Source of the DNA: Epithemia pelagica
Taxonomy: Eukaryota; Protista; Bacillariophyta
Assembly (NCBI GenBank): GCA_946965045.2
Contig: OX337239.1
Coordinates: forward strand, 992,001-1,056,000
Direction: 5' to 3'
DNA length: 64,000 nucleotides
The notes under the pieces were generated by a model. That model was not told the DNA's origin and ran no database searches. It saw only the letters and a list, made by a program, of their open reading frames with translations. This document shows positions 45,556 to 57,483 of the stretch, piece by piece. Every line of letters starts with the position of its first letter. Within the stretch, counting starts at the first letter, position 1. The position numbers and the translations under genes were made by a program.

Positions 45556-46311
45556 ATGAAGAAACACGCGCTGATCCTTTTATTTCTGTACTTTTCCAAC
45601 TCGCTGGTTCACACACAGGGTAGTACCTGCCACAGAGATGGACTTAAATGCCAAGGCCGTTGTTGTACGTTAGAATGGCGTTGCCTCGGACAGGTGTTTG
45701 GTGCCAGCTGTGATGTGAACATCGGCCTTCCCTATGACAGCGACGACTATGATCCCAGTGAGATAACGTGGCATTGTGTGCAAGGAAACTGTGACGACAT
45801 TCATTTTGAATCAGGCAGAGCTCACTGTGGTGTTGGAGCTGGTAAAAACAAGTATCAGTCTGCGAAAATGTGTCGTGGGCCGCTGAAAAAGCAAACTTCC
45901 GAACCTAGTTCATCGTCGCCAATAATGCCTAGTGGATCGCCAAGTAAACTACCGAGTATCTCTTTAAGCACCATCCCCAGTCATTCCCCAAGCAGCTTCC
46001 CAAGTACTATGCCGAGTAACGAGCCAAGTGAAAGCCCCTCCTCGGTACCAAGTAGCAACCCGACCACACCCGAGAAAATACTTTCCACCTCTCTTGTCTT
46101 GAAAAGGGGAATGATTCTGGGGGTCCTTTTGTTGGTGCTGATAGCGGGATGGAAGGGTAGTTCTTACTTGCTCAACAGGGGTAGGCGCAATGGGTACGAC
46201 TCAATTCCAATCGTGGCTTCATCGGAGGTAATGGAAGCGCATCGCACTATTACAGAGGACGCAGAACTGCAACAGGTTAGGGTATTTCCCAGTATCCGCT
46301 ATCGCGAGTGA
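45556..46311 (+). CDS. Type I membrane / cell-surface protein: signal peptide, Cys-rich domain, Ser/Pro stalk, TM
   Basis: MKKHALILLFLYFSNSLVHTQG; 10 Cys in ~85 aa; (S..PS..PS) repeats; TM GMILGVLLLVLIAGW; tail YDSI. Confidence 0.7.
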   Translation: MKKHALILLFLYFSNSLVHTQGSTCHRDGLKCQGRCCTLEWRCLGQVFGASCDVNIGLPYDSDDYDPSEITWHCVQGNCDDIHFESGRAHCGVGAGKNKYQSAKMCRGPLKKQTSEPSSSSPIMPSGSPSKLPSISLSTIPSHSPSSFPSTMPSNEPSESPSSVPSSNPTTPEKILSTSLVLKRGMILGVLLLVLIAGWKGSSYLLNRGRRNGYDSIPIVASSEVMEAHRTITEDAELQQVRVFPSIRYRE

Positions 46312-46691
46312 CTGCTTGAAACATCACAGGAGGAACAAGAAGCAGCTCCCAATGTCTTGATTTGTTAGCACAACGTGATGTTCAATAATAACCGCCCTCT
46401 GTCGTATCACATTTTAAGAAAACTACAGAGGAACGGTCGTTTGGCAGGAGCTTCATATACCGCGGCAAACGATTTCTCTCAATTGACCAACCAACTCTTA
46501 ACATCGCAGAATTTAACGACTTAAATGTCTTGAACGTATACTTCCTCCAAGGTGGCCGCTCCTAGGTACAAAAGGGGACCTGCGTTTGAAAGAGGAACTA
46601 CCGATGCTAAAACCGAAGCCACACATTCAATCATGAGGAATAAAAAAGTGGTCATACGCGCTCTCTTCCTTGGGTGGGTTACTTTCATTCG

Positions 46692-49600
46692 TCAGCCTTT
46701 CTCAGCCGTCGTAGATTCCACCTTCCCTCCTCGACGAGTTCCGCCCCCGCCTTGTTTCCCGCGTCGTTTGTTTGGCGAACGCTTCTTTTTGTTCTTGCTA
46801 TCCTCTTGTTGTTTCTCAAGCTCGCGCTGTTGCTGTTTTTGTTCTTCGAATATCATTTTCTCAATGCGATGTTGCTCTTCCACAAACAAACGCTGTTCTC
46901 TTTCCTTTTCCGCGCTTCGTTGGATTTCCTTGAGAGAACCAGCCCTCTCCCTCCGTTGAACAAACCATACAGCTTGCGTATCCTTGCATGCCGCATCCTC
47001 CTTTTCTTTGAAGGCCATTTCTTGATCTTGTATGTGAACAAATTTGGTTGTTGTTCCTGTGGCCGGGGATGCAGCTGTGCCATTACCCGTGCTTTGTTTG
47101 CCCGCCTTGTGAGGAGTGGACCAGGCTGGTTGCTTTTGGATTCTGGAGCTTGGTGAGCTTCCATTGACTTCTCTTCTACCCGCGAGACCATTAACTGAAC
47201 CAGTTGCTTTCGGTTTGCTGGGAAGAAAATCGCCGAGTGAATATGACGACGATGACAAGTTGGCTGTCATCGTTTCTCCGAAGCTCGTCCTTGCATGGTT
47301 TTGGTCCACCGCTGTCGACGACACTACGGGTGCAGACGCCCATGGTGGGGATTCTAGGGTTGGCAACGAATCCACTTTGAGCCATGAAGCTTCTCCACAA
47401 CCCGACAGTGCCGAACTTGAATGTTTCTTGGTTGGTCCCGCAGTAGCAGGAGACGCTAGAACCCAACCAGTGGAACATGGTAATGAAGCTACTCTTGTGT
47501 TCGATCCAACCTTAGTGGTGGATGCTGCCTTCGACATAGCCGCTCCCGCAGATGTTTTCTTCTTCCTGGTTGAGGAGGCGAGGTCTCCCTCTAACGTACA
47601 ACTTCGCTGAGTTTTTTCCTCGGCCGCCATGATATCCAACAACGAGCATGATGGCGCTGTTTTCTTTGATTTCGTGACCGAAAGAGCAGACGGCACTCCG
47701 TGTGGCGGCGGAGGTAATTTGTACATTGGCTGAGGTATAGGTGACACGGTCGCAGTGCTTGTTTTCCATGGGTTTGGTGCGGCAGATTTGGTCGAACGCC
47801 GTTGGACAGGCGACGCTGTGGATGTGGTGGACTGCTTCAGTAGTTCTCTTTGGTGCTGTTCCGCCAACACAAGAGCTGCTTTGCGATCTTGTTCTTCTTG
47901 CTCTAACTGGAGAACTCGGTTGCGGTGTTTCCGTCCGCTCATATGGAGTGAATAACTCGATGCATCCGAGCACGTCACTCCACAAAGTTCGCATCGAATG
48001 CTGACCGTCTTCTGTTTCGCTGTACTGGCAAGAACACAGGAATTTGCTTCTTCGGTGGGTAACGGTTCCATTACTTCGTCACCATTCGTTGAAAGGGGAG
48101 GATTCTTTGTCTGTTGTTGTTGTAGTTTGTGTAATTGTGCATTTATATCGGACAGAGCTGGCTCCAGAATGCTCAAGTCGGTCTGGAGAAGTGCTCGACG
48201 CGCCACTTTCTCCCGTTGTTCGGTCGAAAGTCTGCCCTGTTGTATGTTTCCTCCTTCGACTTCGTTGATGCTTTGACTTTCCATTTCTACCAATCTCGTG
48301 ATTTGGTTCAAACGTTTGCGGATAGCCCGGATTTCCTTCAAAAGTGCGGTTTGACGATCTTGCAACCACTTCATCTGATCCTCAACTGACTCTGCCTCCT
48401 TGTCTTTGCCATCCAATAAGCTTCTTGTAAGCTCCAAACACCGAGCTGATCCTTGAGGTGGAACGCTAACAACGTTATCTTCCCCGAATGAAACACCGCG
48501 CTTAGATTTCATCGTGGGTGTCGCTGCCGTGGTTGTAGGTGTAAGGCACTCCGTGGCATCGACCGAGGACTTCTTCTTGTTCTGGGAATCATGTTTGCAA
48601 TTCGCCGCATATGACATGGGAGGATAGACATAGTGTTGCGCTTTTTGCTGATTTTCAAGTGTGCGTAGCTTCTGCAGAAACAACTGACCAGGACCTGATT
48701 GCATCAGATTGGCGCAAGAAAGCATCCAGCCATTGACATCGGACGAGTCGGTGTTATTTTCCGCATCGTGATGTCTTTTACATGAAGCCTTGTGACAAAA
48801 CTCGTTCAGAACAGGGTGCCTAGAAGCATCTCTTGCATCCATCTGTGCCTCTTCCATCTCATGCATTTCGGAATCATAACGACGACATTCTGTCAAAGAC
48901 TGCTGTTTCTCCTTCAGGTAACATGCCATCACTCGGCGTTGTCCCACATTCAAAACGCCATCTAAGTTGCGTTTGCAAAATTCCTGACAGTAGTTTATCA
49001 AAGTCTCGTTTTGTATTCGCTCTGCTGTGATCAGAATGGGCCACACATTGAACAAATCCACATGCTTTGCAACTTGTCGAGCGGCCATTTCTTCGAGTGA
49101 CATTATGGATGGTTTGGTAGACGATTTCGCAAAAGGCTTTCCGTCGCTTTCATCCTTGTTACTAGCGCGGAGTGGTTCGGTGGAAAGGGTCCGAGACAAA
49201 GCCGGAATAGGGGGAAAGCTTGTTCCAGACAGAACCGCAAAATGCTCCTTGGCAGCTGCGACGGCCACAGCGCGGTACAACCCTGGCACTCTTTTGGGAT
49301 CGGGTTGCCATCGGACACCTTCATGACCCAAAATGCTAGGTCCATACGTAGCACCCCATGTGTACAAAGCACCTGTGTCCGTCACCACAGCTGTGTGGTT
49401 TTCCGATGCCGACACGGTCACCGCCCAACCACCTCCATTTTCGGGCAACATGCCGGTTACCAATTGTGGTGAAGTGCGTTGACCACAAGAAGCAGGGGAC
49501 GACGAGGAGGAGGATGGCTGACTGGAGTTTCCCAATGTCTCCGAATGGAGCCCCCACGAGTAGACCAATCCATTTTGGGTGATGGCGACATTGTGGTACT

Positions 49601-51755
49601 TCGCACAAGCAATGGCTACAGGGCAAACCAATCGCTTATGTTCATACTTCATGGATTCGTCTTCATTCCAACTCTCACTGCGACTTCGTCGCCGTTGCCG
49701 ACCACCATTGGCCTCATGTTCCGATTGTTGTTGAGGGTATTTGGGCAAGTGGACTCTGGAAGGGACATGATTACCGTGTCCCCACGAATATATGGCATTG
49801 ACGGGCAAGGAGTTTCTTTTGCTTTGATCCGGCAACGTCAAGGCCAAGGTCGCATATTCCGATGCAGCAATTGCCACTGCCGTTTGGGCGGCCAAGACCG
49901 GGTGTGGAATACACTGAACCGGATTGTGTGAAGACGAACAAGCCGAGTGTGCATGGTGTTTTTGCGACTTGACGGAGTGGCCCTTGCCTCCACCACCACC
50001 ATGACGGGGTGGTACACCCAATTGGCCCGATGAATTGTCCCCCCAAACGTAAATCGATCCACTCCATGACAAGGCGACGGAATGGCGTTCTCCCGCGGCA
50101 ACAGCTCGAATGTTGACATCTTTCAAATCGTCAATTCGACGAGGAACAAATGAGGAAGAGCAGGATGACGAAGTCGTTTGCGCAGACTGTTTCTTGTGGT
50201 GTTGCATTGACCCAGAAGTTGTTGTAGTGGGGGAGATGGAAATTCCCAATTGTCCAAATCGATTGGATCCCCAAGCATAGGTCTGTCCCCCTTGAACGAC
50301 AGCCAACGAATGATTTTCTGCGGCTGCAATGGCGAGAACACGACATTTGCGAAGGGGGAAATCCACCAAGGCTGGTAAGGGCGAATGACGTTCATGGTTG
50401 CCAATGCCCAACCGCCCCCCTTTGCCCAAACCAAAGGCATACAATTGCCCCGCCCGATTCAAGACCAAGGTATGATGCGCTGCGGCAGCTACTGCGACGG
50501 CACTCAAGTCTCGACCTACTTCGGATTGCGCAAAGGCTTGTACCCGTTGGGGACGAAAGGTTGTGGTAGTGGATGTCACGGTCGAGCTCGTAGGATTCTT
50601 GTGGTTGGAGATTGTCTTGGTGGTGGTGGTTGTCGTCGTAGTAGTACTCGCACCATCGGTTCCAACGCCCAAGGCACAGTGATGGGCTCGACCAAAGGTC
50701 AAAACTTCACACCCATATTCGGTGCCACTCTTATTCGTGGGAGACCCTTCTTCTATGCTTGCGGACGCTAGGTCTTCTTCTTCCGACCATAACACTTGCA
50801 CGTGTTGTTGTAAGACGTTCCATTCCGACTGAGAACCAATAGCACGATCGTCGCTATTGTGGTTCAGGGAGGATTCCTGGGAGGACGATACGGATGATGA
50901 TGACGACAAGGATACGGGAGCGGCGGCAGCAGCTGCGATTGGCACTGAGCCACGTGGCATCTTGAATGTCAAGGCTGCCCGACAAGCTCGTAACTCGGAT
51001 TGCTGCAAGGCGGCCAATAACTGGCCGGGTGTGAATCCCTCCGCATCCCGTGCTGTTACCATGGTTTGCCACAAGGTCAAGGGGTTTGACGAAACCGTTG
51101 GTGACGAGGAGACATTCTTTTTCTTGGACAAGGGAGACGTTGTTCCTCCGTTGGAACATTGCGGCGAATCACCACCCGTATATTCCAACATGGTCATGGG
51201 GCGTAGTGTCAAGTTGGTAGCCGTCGAACTCTGTAGTCCTTGTCGTTCGTGTGGTGGCTCTATTGCGGCGTGGTGCAACAAAAACAATAACGACGGTAAA
51301 TCGGCTCGATAAATGGCCCAATGCAAGGCAGAATAGTGTGATTCGGCATCTCGTTCCAACAGCAGCTGTTGTTGAAGGGATGATGAGGCCCCTCCTTCTG
51401 GACTCTTTGGTACCATTGTCTTGGTAGTTGCAATCAAATGGTCCAATTGACGAGCACGGTTCAGCGAGGCCACCAACAAGGAAAAGCCTTCGATAGTGCC
51501 ATCCAAGAAGGAGGACCGTACCGTCCCAGCCGATGGACACATGGCTTGTTTCCAGACCCACGGCATCCAGTGTCGCACCTGTTCTTCCAACGCTTCCTGG
51601 CTACTACTACTATTCATGCTCGAACGCTTCGTGACGGAACCGCTGCGACTCCGGGCACGATTCCTTGTATTCGTAGTAGTAGTAGTAGTCGGTGGGGACA
51701 GTAATTCCTGGACCGAAGCTCCCGAAGTGGATCGTTTGCGTGATTTTCCACCCAT
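46692..51755 (-). CDS. Ankyrin + RCC1-repeat + BACK-like + U1-type zinc-finger protein (IBTK-like)
   Basis: ESHYSALHWAIYRADL (ankyrin); several RCC1 repeats (LTFGRAHHCALG, YAFGLGKGGRLG, AWGSNRFGQLG, VWGDNSSGQLG); AERIQNETLINYCQEFCKRNL; CELCGVTCSDASSYSLHMSGRKH; C-terminal SLKEIQ. Single 1687-aa ORF. Confidence 0.8.
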   Translation of the reverse strand: MGGKSRKRSTSGASVQELLSPPTTTTTTNTRNRARSRSGSVTKRSSMNSSSSQEALEEQVRHWMPWVWKQAMCPSAGTVRSSFLDGTIEGFSLLVASLNRARQLDHLIATTKTMVPKSPEGGASSSLQQQLLLERDAESHYSALHWAIYRADLPSLLFLLHHAAIEPPHERQGLQSSTATNLTLRPMTMLEYTGGDSPQCSNGGTTSPLSKKKNVSSSPTVSSNPLTLWQTMVTARDAEGFTPGQLLAALQQSELRACRAALTFKMPRGSVPIAAAAAAPVSLSSSSSVSSSQESSLNHNSDDRAIGSQSEWNVLQQHVQVLWSEEEDLASASIEEGSPTNKSGTEYGCEVLTFGRAHHCALGVGTDGASTTTTTTTTTKTISNHKNPTSSTVTSTTTTFRPQRVQAFAQSEVGRDLSAVAVAAAAHHTLVLNRAGQLYAFGLGKGGRLGIGNHERHSPLPALVDFPLRKCRVLAIAAAENHSLAVVQGGQTYAWGSNRFGQLGISISPTTTTSGSMQHHKKQSAQTTSSSCSSSFVPRRIDDLKDVNIRAVAAGERHSVALSWSGSIYVWGDNSSGQLGVPPRHGGGGGKGHSVKSQKHHAHSACSSSHNPVQCIPHPVLAAQTAVAIAASEYATLALTLPDQSKRNSLPVNAIYSWGHGNHVPSRVHLPKYPQQQSEHEANGGRQRRRSRSESWNEDESMKYEHKRLVCPVAIACAKYHNVAITQNGLVYSWGLHSETLGNSSQPSSSSSSPASCGQRTSPQLVTGMLPENGGGWAVTVSASENHTAVVTDTGALYTWGATYGPSILGHEGVRWQPDPKRVPGLYRAVAVAAAKEHFAVLSGTSFPPIPALSRTLSTEPLRASNKDESDGKPFAKSSTKPSIMSLEEMAARQVAKHVDLFNVWPILITAERIQNETLINYCQEFCKRNLDGVLNVGQRRVMACYLKEKQQSLTECRRYDSEMHEMEEAQMDARDASRHPVLNEFCHKASCKRHHDAENNTDSSDVNGWMLSCANLMQSGPGQLFLQKLRTLENQQKAQHYVYPPMSYAANCKHDSQNKKKSSVDATECLTPTTTAATPTMKSKRGVSFGEDNVVSVPPQGSARCLELTRSLLDGKDKEAESVEDQMKWLQDRQTALLKEIRAIRKRLNQITRLVEMESQSINEVEGGNIQQGRLSTEQREKVARRALLQTDLSILEPALSDINAQLHKLQQQQTKNPPLSTNGDEVMEPLPTEEANSCVLASTAKQKTVSIRCELCGVTCSDASSYSLHMSGRKHRNRVLQLEQEEQDRKAALVLAEQHQRELLKQSTTSTASPVQRRSTKSAAPNPWKTSTATVSPIPQPMYKLPPPPHGVPSALSVTKSKKTAPSCSLLDIMAAEEKTQRSCTLEGDLASSTRKKKTSAGAAMSKAASTTKVGSNTRVASLPCSTGWVLASPATAGPTKKHSSSALSGCGEASWLKVDSLPTLESPPWASAPVVSSTAVDQNHARTSFGETMTANLSSSSYSLGDFLPSKPKATGSVNGLAGRREVNGSSPSSRIQKQPAWSTPHKAGKQSTGNGTAASPATGTTTKFVHIQDQEMAFKEKEDAACKDTQAVWFVQRRERAGSLKEIQRSAEKEREQRLFVEEQHRIEKMIFEEQKQQQRELEKQQEDSKNKKKRSPNKRRGKQGGGGTRRGGKVESTTAEKG

Positions 51756-53168
51756 GCTGATTCAGGAACCGTTTGGTCAACACGTCCAATCGACACGTCG
51801 GGAAACGAAGAAGAAGAAGACTAGAGGTGCCAAAAGCACACTGGATCTCTCAAAACAGCAGCCTTGGTGAACACCACCACCAACAAGAAGAAACAGGACC
51901 GGAGGGCTGTCCGGACAATAAAGAACAAGAAGCACCCTGTGGGAATCTGTTCCAACCAACAAGGTTCCGACCAAAAGAGATACATACACACAAAAACAAG
52001 ACGGCATGAGCAGAAAAAGGAAAAGTTTACAGGGTGACGAGAGTCAAATCCGAACTGGTGGACCCGTACTCGGAACCACGCAACCCTTTGGTTTCATCCC
52101 ATTACAAAAAAAACCTACTCAATGAATGTGTATGATTTGCCGGTTTTCGGTGGTGTATCCCAACTCCTGCTGTCTCTGGACCAAATTCGACAGTTGCTTG
52201 GTTCGATTGGTCCACACAAAACAATGGATCTCGTGTATATGGGTGGGCGTTTGGTGTGGTGATGGGAAGGAGAACGACTATGACTTGTTAGGGCATTTCT
52301 TGTTGTTTCTCTGATTGGCACCAAAAGTGGTTTTGGGGAATGATTTCTTAGTATTCCATGAATCGAGAGAGATTTGAATTCTCTCAATTGTATGTTCTGC
52401 CAAGACGAATCTAATAACGGTGCCAAATCTCCAAATCTCCACAACACCCGTGTTAGTCAGTCCGTCAGCGACCTCGATTCTTTCTTGTCTGGATTCTTTT
52501 GTAGTGTTGTGTGCAGGAACTCCTGTGCGTTGTCTCTTTTAATAGGGTTCTATTGATGAGACACGCACCCAAATCCAACGAATCTTTTTCTCTTTGTTCT
52601 AGACAAGCAGACCTCTCATTGTCGATGACACAACAAACTCCAAACGTTAGAACCTTTCAAAGTTCGGTCCGCAACGAAGAATCTCCCTCCAATGATTACT
52701 ACTCAACGTTGGTATTCCATATCCTCCCATTCGAATAGTCAATGAGATAACGACATTCTCTCTGGAAAGTATCATCTGTCAGCTTCAAAAGAGCGGTGTT
52801 CCCCCACACCACAGAATCTCCCCACCGCGACCCATCTGCGGTCGAATCCATCACGAAAAACTCTTCGCGCCACGCTCCAGCCATACGAGTGGCTCGCGTG
52901 GTCGAGATCGCGCCACTCCTCCGGTTGTTGGTTGGAAGTTCTCTCGCGTCGACAACAACAACACTGCTGCCACAAAAACCACAATGGGATGGTACATCAT
53001 CACCATCCGATCTGATCCCTGATATTTTCCTACTCCACAAGACAACAACCTCCGAGCACAGTCAGTGAGTGCAAGAACTGTCTCATTGGCGGACACTGGT
53101 AGTTCTCCATCATTCTATTGTAGTTCCTGTGTTTTTCCTGCCAACACACACGCCAACACGCAAGCGCC

Positions 53169-56100
53169 ATGGGGGGTCTGGGCGAATGGTTGACCACCAA
53201 AAAGACGGGTCGAGACGATGCCCAAATTGCCAAAGACAAGGCATTGGCCCTGCAAGCCCGAAAACGAAAGCATCCCACTGCCAACAACAACAAGAAAAAG
53301 ACGACCAAGAAGCGTCCTGTGGCGGCCAAAAAACCAGCACCCAAAAAGAAGAAGAAAAAGACGGCCTTTTTGGTGGATGACAATGACGACGAGAGTCATG
53401 TCGTCCTGTCGGAATCGTCCAATGACGAGTCCATGGATAGCTTTATTGTGGACGACGACAGTGACAACAAGAACGACGACGACGACGAGGAGGAAGACTC
53501 CTTGTCGGAACCGGAATTTGACGAGGAGGAGGAGGAAGAAGAAGACGACAAGGATGGTGCTTCCTCTTCCGATGACGACGACGACAGTGACACTCCCAAG
53601 GAGGGATTTTTGAGTGCCTTGTCGTCTCGTTATGCCAATGCCACGAGCAAACCGGCGCCGCATCGTCAGGCGCGTCCTCGTCCACCACCACCACAACCAA
53701 CACGACAACGCAAACCACCGCCGCAGCGGCGCAATCCCTTTGCGGCCTTTGCGGCCGATTCACGCAGCAACAACAACAGCAGCAAGGAAAATTGTCCTCC
53801 TCCTCGTGGTGCCGCTCCAGGCTCCCACAACAACAACAACCACAACAGCATGGATAAGAAGAAGACCACAAACTCTACCAAAAGGCAACTACCACCGGTG
53901 GTCAACTATTTGGATTCCTCCAGTCAAGACGAAAACGACGACGAAAACGATGCCGAGAGTCCCTTTCCTCCCCAACGACGACGAAAACAATCCAGCCAAA
54001 ACGTTGCCAAGAAACGACGTCAAGTCTTGGAGGAGGAGGACGATGACGACGACGGCGAAAAAGAAGAAGACAAACCACCCAAGGATACCCATGGTGAGAC
54101 CAAGGGTCCACCCACTTCTTCTTCCAAAACCAAAATGACTGCTTTTGACGCATTGGTCGACCTCATGGACAGTAGCAGCAGTAGCAGTGACGAGGATCCA
54201 ACGGACCTGCACCCAACAAAGACGACGAAGAAGAAGAACCATCTTGGTTCGGCTCGTCCGGTTCCGACGGTCCAACCGGCAGCTGCTGCCGCGCCCAACG
54301 GTTCGGGCGATTCCTTGTGGAAATTGACCCAACTCATGCAAGATGATTCGGATGATGACGAAGACGAACAAATGGCCATGGCCTTGGCTCTTTCCAACAG
54401 TTTGACCCACACCAACAAGAACAATAACAACAACTCGTCGCATGGTAAAAAGGCCACGCACCGGCCCGCCAAAGACTCGAATCGCACCAGTGTGTTGGGA
54501 CAGTTGGACCAATACAAGAATGACGAGCATGAGGAGCATGACTTGGAGGAGGAGGAAGAAGACGACCAGGATGATGGCTTTGTCGTGCACGATTCCAAAG
54601 AGGCCCGACAAGCGGCTTCGGTCTTGGCCAAGGCCAACGAATTGAGTGCGCAAGTCTTGCAGACGATGCAGACGTGGACAGTGCCAGACGCCAGTAGCAA
54701 TTCATCCTCCTCCAATACCATGGGTCTGATTGTCGATGGAGCCTTGGCCTTGACTCATATTCATGGTGATGATGATGATGACGGTACCGATGGCAAGGGC
54801 CCGAACGACGGCACCAAACCAGCCACGGACGAGGATGGGGCAGCAGACTCGAACCGACGTGCGGCAACCGCCTCTTCCAGTTTGCAACCACGGAAATGGA
54901 TTTCGAACGAGTTGATGCGTCGCATTTGTCCCAATGTGACCTTGGCCCATTATCAATTGATTGGTGTCAATTGGATGGCGCTCTTGCATGGATTGCAAAT
55001 TGACATGGGTGGCGGTACGAACAAGAAAAAGAAGAAGAAGAATCCCAAGACCAATGTTAATGGAATCTTGGCCGATGAGGTAGGTAGCCTTTGTGTGTGT
55101 CGTGTCGTGCGGTGTATACAGAGGGTGTTGTTGTTCGCTACGGGGAAACGGTTGGGCTCACTAGTGTGTGTTTTGTCGTGTTTCTCGGTGTCGTGGTCGG
55201 TATTGGTGGTGGCTGATGGAACAACAGATGGGATTGGGAAAGACGGCGCAAACAATAACGTTTCTAGCTTGGTTAAAACACGAACGAGAAACGCAACAAC
55301 AGCTAAAACAACAGGACAAACAAGCGTCTACTACGAAGCAGACGCAGGCGGTTGTGGACCTTGTCCAAGACGACTCTTCCACGAGTTCCAATTCGGTTCA
55401 AGAGGTGGTTCCCAATTCCATGGCACCCGGAACAATCAAGCCATGCTCGCATCAAAAGTATCATTCTCCCCATTTGGTGGTTGCTCCTGCCTCGGTCTTG
55501 TCCAATTGGGAACGTGAATTCCACAAATTTGCCCCTCATTTAAATGTCGTGAAATATCATGGGACCCAGAACCAGCGGCAGGCCCTGCAGGACCAATTGC
55601 GGCCGCACTTGCGGTCCAATTGGATGGTTTGTTCACGGAAAGAGCGCCCCGAACTGGTGGACGTGATTTTAACACCCATTACATACTTTCAAAAGGAGAA
55701 ATCGCCGGATCGGGCCTTTTTGCGCAAGTTTCAATATCACTACTTGGTTGTCGACGAAGCGCATTTGCTCAAGAATTCCCAGGGTCTTCGGTACACAACC
55801 TTGAACAAAATGAAAACTCAGAATCGACTTCTCTTGACGGGAACACCAGTGCAAAATTCACCACAGGAACTCATGAGTTTGTTGTGCTTTCTCATGCCCT
55901 TGTTCTCGACTCATCCCTTGAATCGAAGCAAAGCGAACGATAGCGACGATGACGATGATGACGAAGGACACAACAAGAATTCTCGAGACGATGGTGGACA
56001 GAGCATGTTGCAACATTTTGTCTCATTGGAAAAAAAAGGTGTTAAAGTGGACGATGCTACCGCGTACCAGAAATTGAAACAACTCTTCGCTCCCTTTGTT

Positions 56101-57483
56101 TTGCGTCGACGGAAACAACAAGTATTACATCAACTCATGCCTCCCAAGGAACGAAAAGTAGAATTCGTGGAACTGGATGAAACGGCGCGCAATGTCTACA
56201 ACCGTATTATATCGGATCATGTGCAAGCCAAAAAGAGTGGAACACGACAAATGGATCATGTCTTTACACAGTTGCGCAAGGCCGCGCATCACCCCCTTTT
56301 GTTGCGCACAAGACATACCAGAAAAGAGGAACGACACGAGTTGGCCACACTCTTTCATGAATACGGCGCATTTCGAGGCGATGGCTGTAACAACATGTTT
56401 GGCAAAGTTCTCGAGGCTGTCAATGACATGAACGATTTTGATATCCATTTAATGGCCCTTGAATTAATGGATGACTCGTCCAAACTTCGTCGCGAAACTC
56501 TCTCCAAATACGTGTTGGAAGAGGCCGATTTGTGGTCGTCGGCGAAATGCGTCAGATTGCGCCAATTGGTACCGGAATTAGTTGAACAGGGACATCGCGT
56601 TTTGATCTTTTCGGTGTGGACGAGTTGTTTGGATTTATTGAGCTGTCTGATGGAGCATTTGGGTATGTCCTATTTGCGTATGGAGGGATCGACGCCCGTC
56701 CAGGAACGACAAGGGTTGATTGACAAATTTGCGGAGGACACCAGCATACCTGTGTTTTTGCTGTCCACCAAAGCGTGTGGACTTGGAATCAACTTGGTAA
56801 GTGCATCGTGTGTAACATTGTCGCGGAACGACTTTTGGTTAATAGGCATCTCAACAACCTTGGTCCTTTGGTTTTTGTACTTCCACCACTTGGTTTCAAT
56901 TTGGTGTTTTTAGACGGCTGCCGATACATGCATAATGCACGATATTGACTTCAACCCATTTAATGATTTACAGGCGGAAGATCGCGTCCATCGCATTGGT
57001 CAAACGAAAAAGACGACCGTGATCAAGCTGGTTGCGGCCGACACAGTGGATGCTGACATTTATGGAATGCAACAACGCAAGGCCCGAATGAATGCTGCCA
57101 TTATGGATTCATCTGGCGACAATAGTTGGAACAAGCAGGAAGCCAAGGCTGCCAAAGACCAAGTTATGCGCACGGCGGTAGATCGTTTCTTGTCTCAATC
57201 ACCCATGTTGTCCAGTCGTCTTCCATCACAACAAAAATCCGGACAGCTCGCTACTCTAACAAAGCAGCACTCGTTTCAAGAAGAGGGACGTGGTAGTAAT
57301 GACAGTGGTGAAGAAATGGAAACGTCTCCAGACATGGGAGTCAAGCCAAAATCGAGCCCAGACAAAGGACCTGCTGAGAAAAAGTGCACCGGATCGAGTG
57401 ATCTAAGCAGTGGGATGTTGGCCACGAAACCCTCGGGTGTGTCGTCGTCACTAATTGAGATTATGGAAGATTCTGACTTCTAG
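53169..57483 (+). CDS. SMARCAD1: SNF2-family chromatin remodeller, SMARCAD1/Fun30/Etl1 subfamily; 3 exons (53169-55079, 55228-56796, 56914-57483)
   Basis: YQLIGVNW, GILADE|MGLGKT (split by an intron), LVVAPASVLSNW, VDEAHLLKN, LLLTGTPVQN, QLRKAAHHPLL, RVLIFS, LLSTKACGLGINL|TAAD, DFNPFNDLQAEDRVHRIGQ. Confidence 0.85.

Noticed and set aside
53889-54721. 233- and 254-aa minus-strand ORFs
   Set aside because: Shadows of the low-complexity SMARCAD1 N-terminus.
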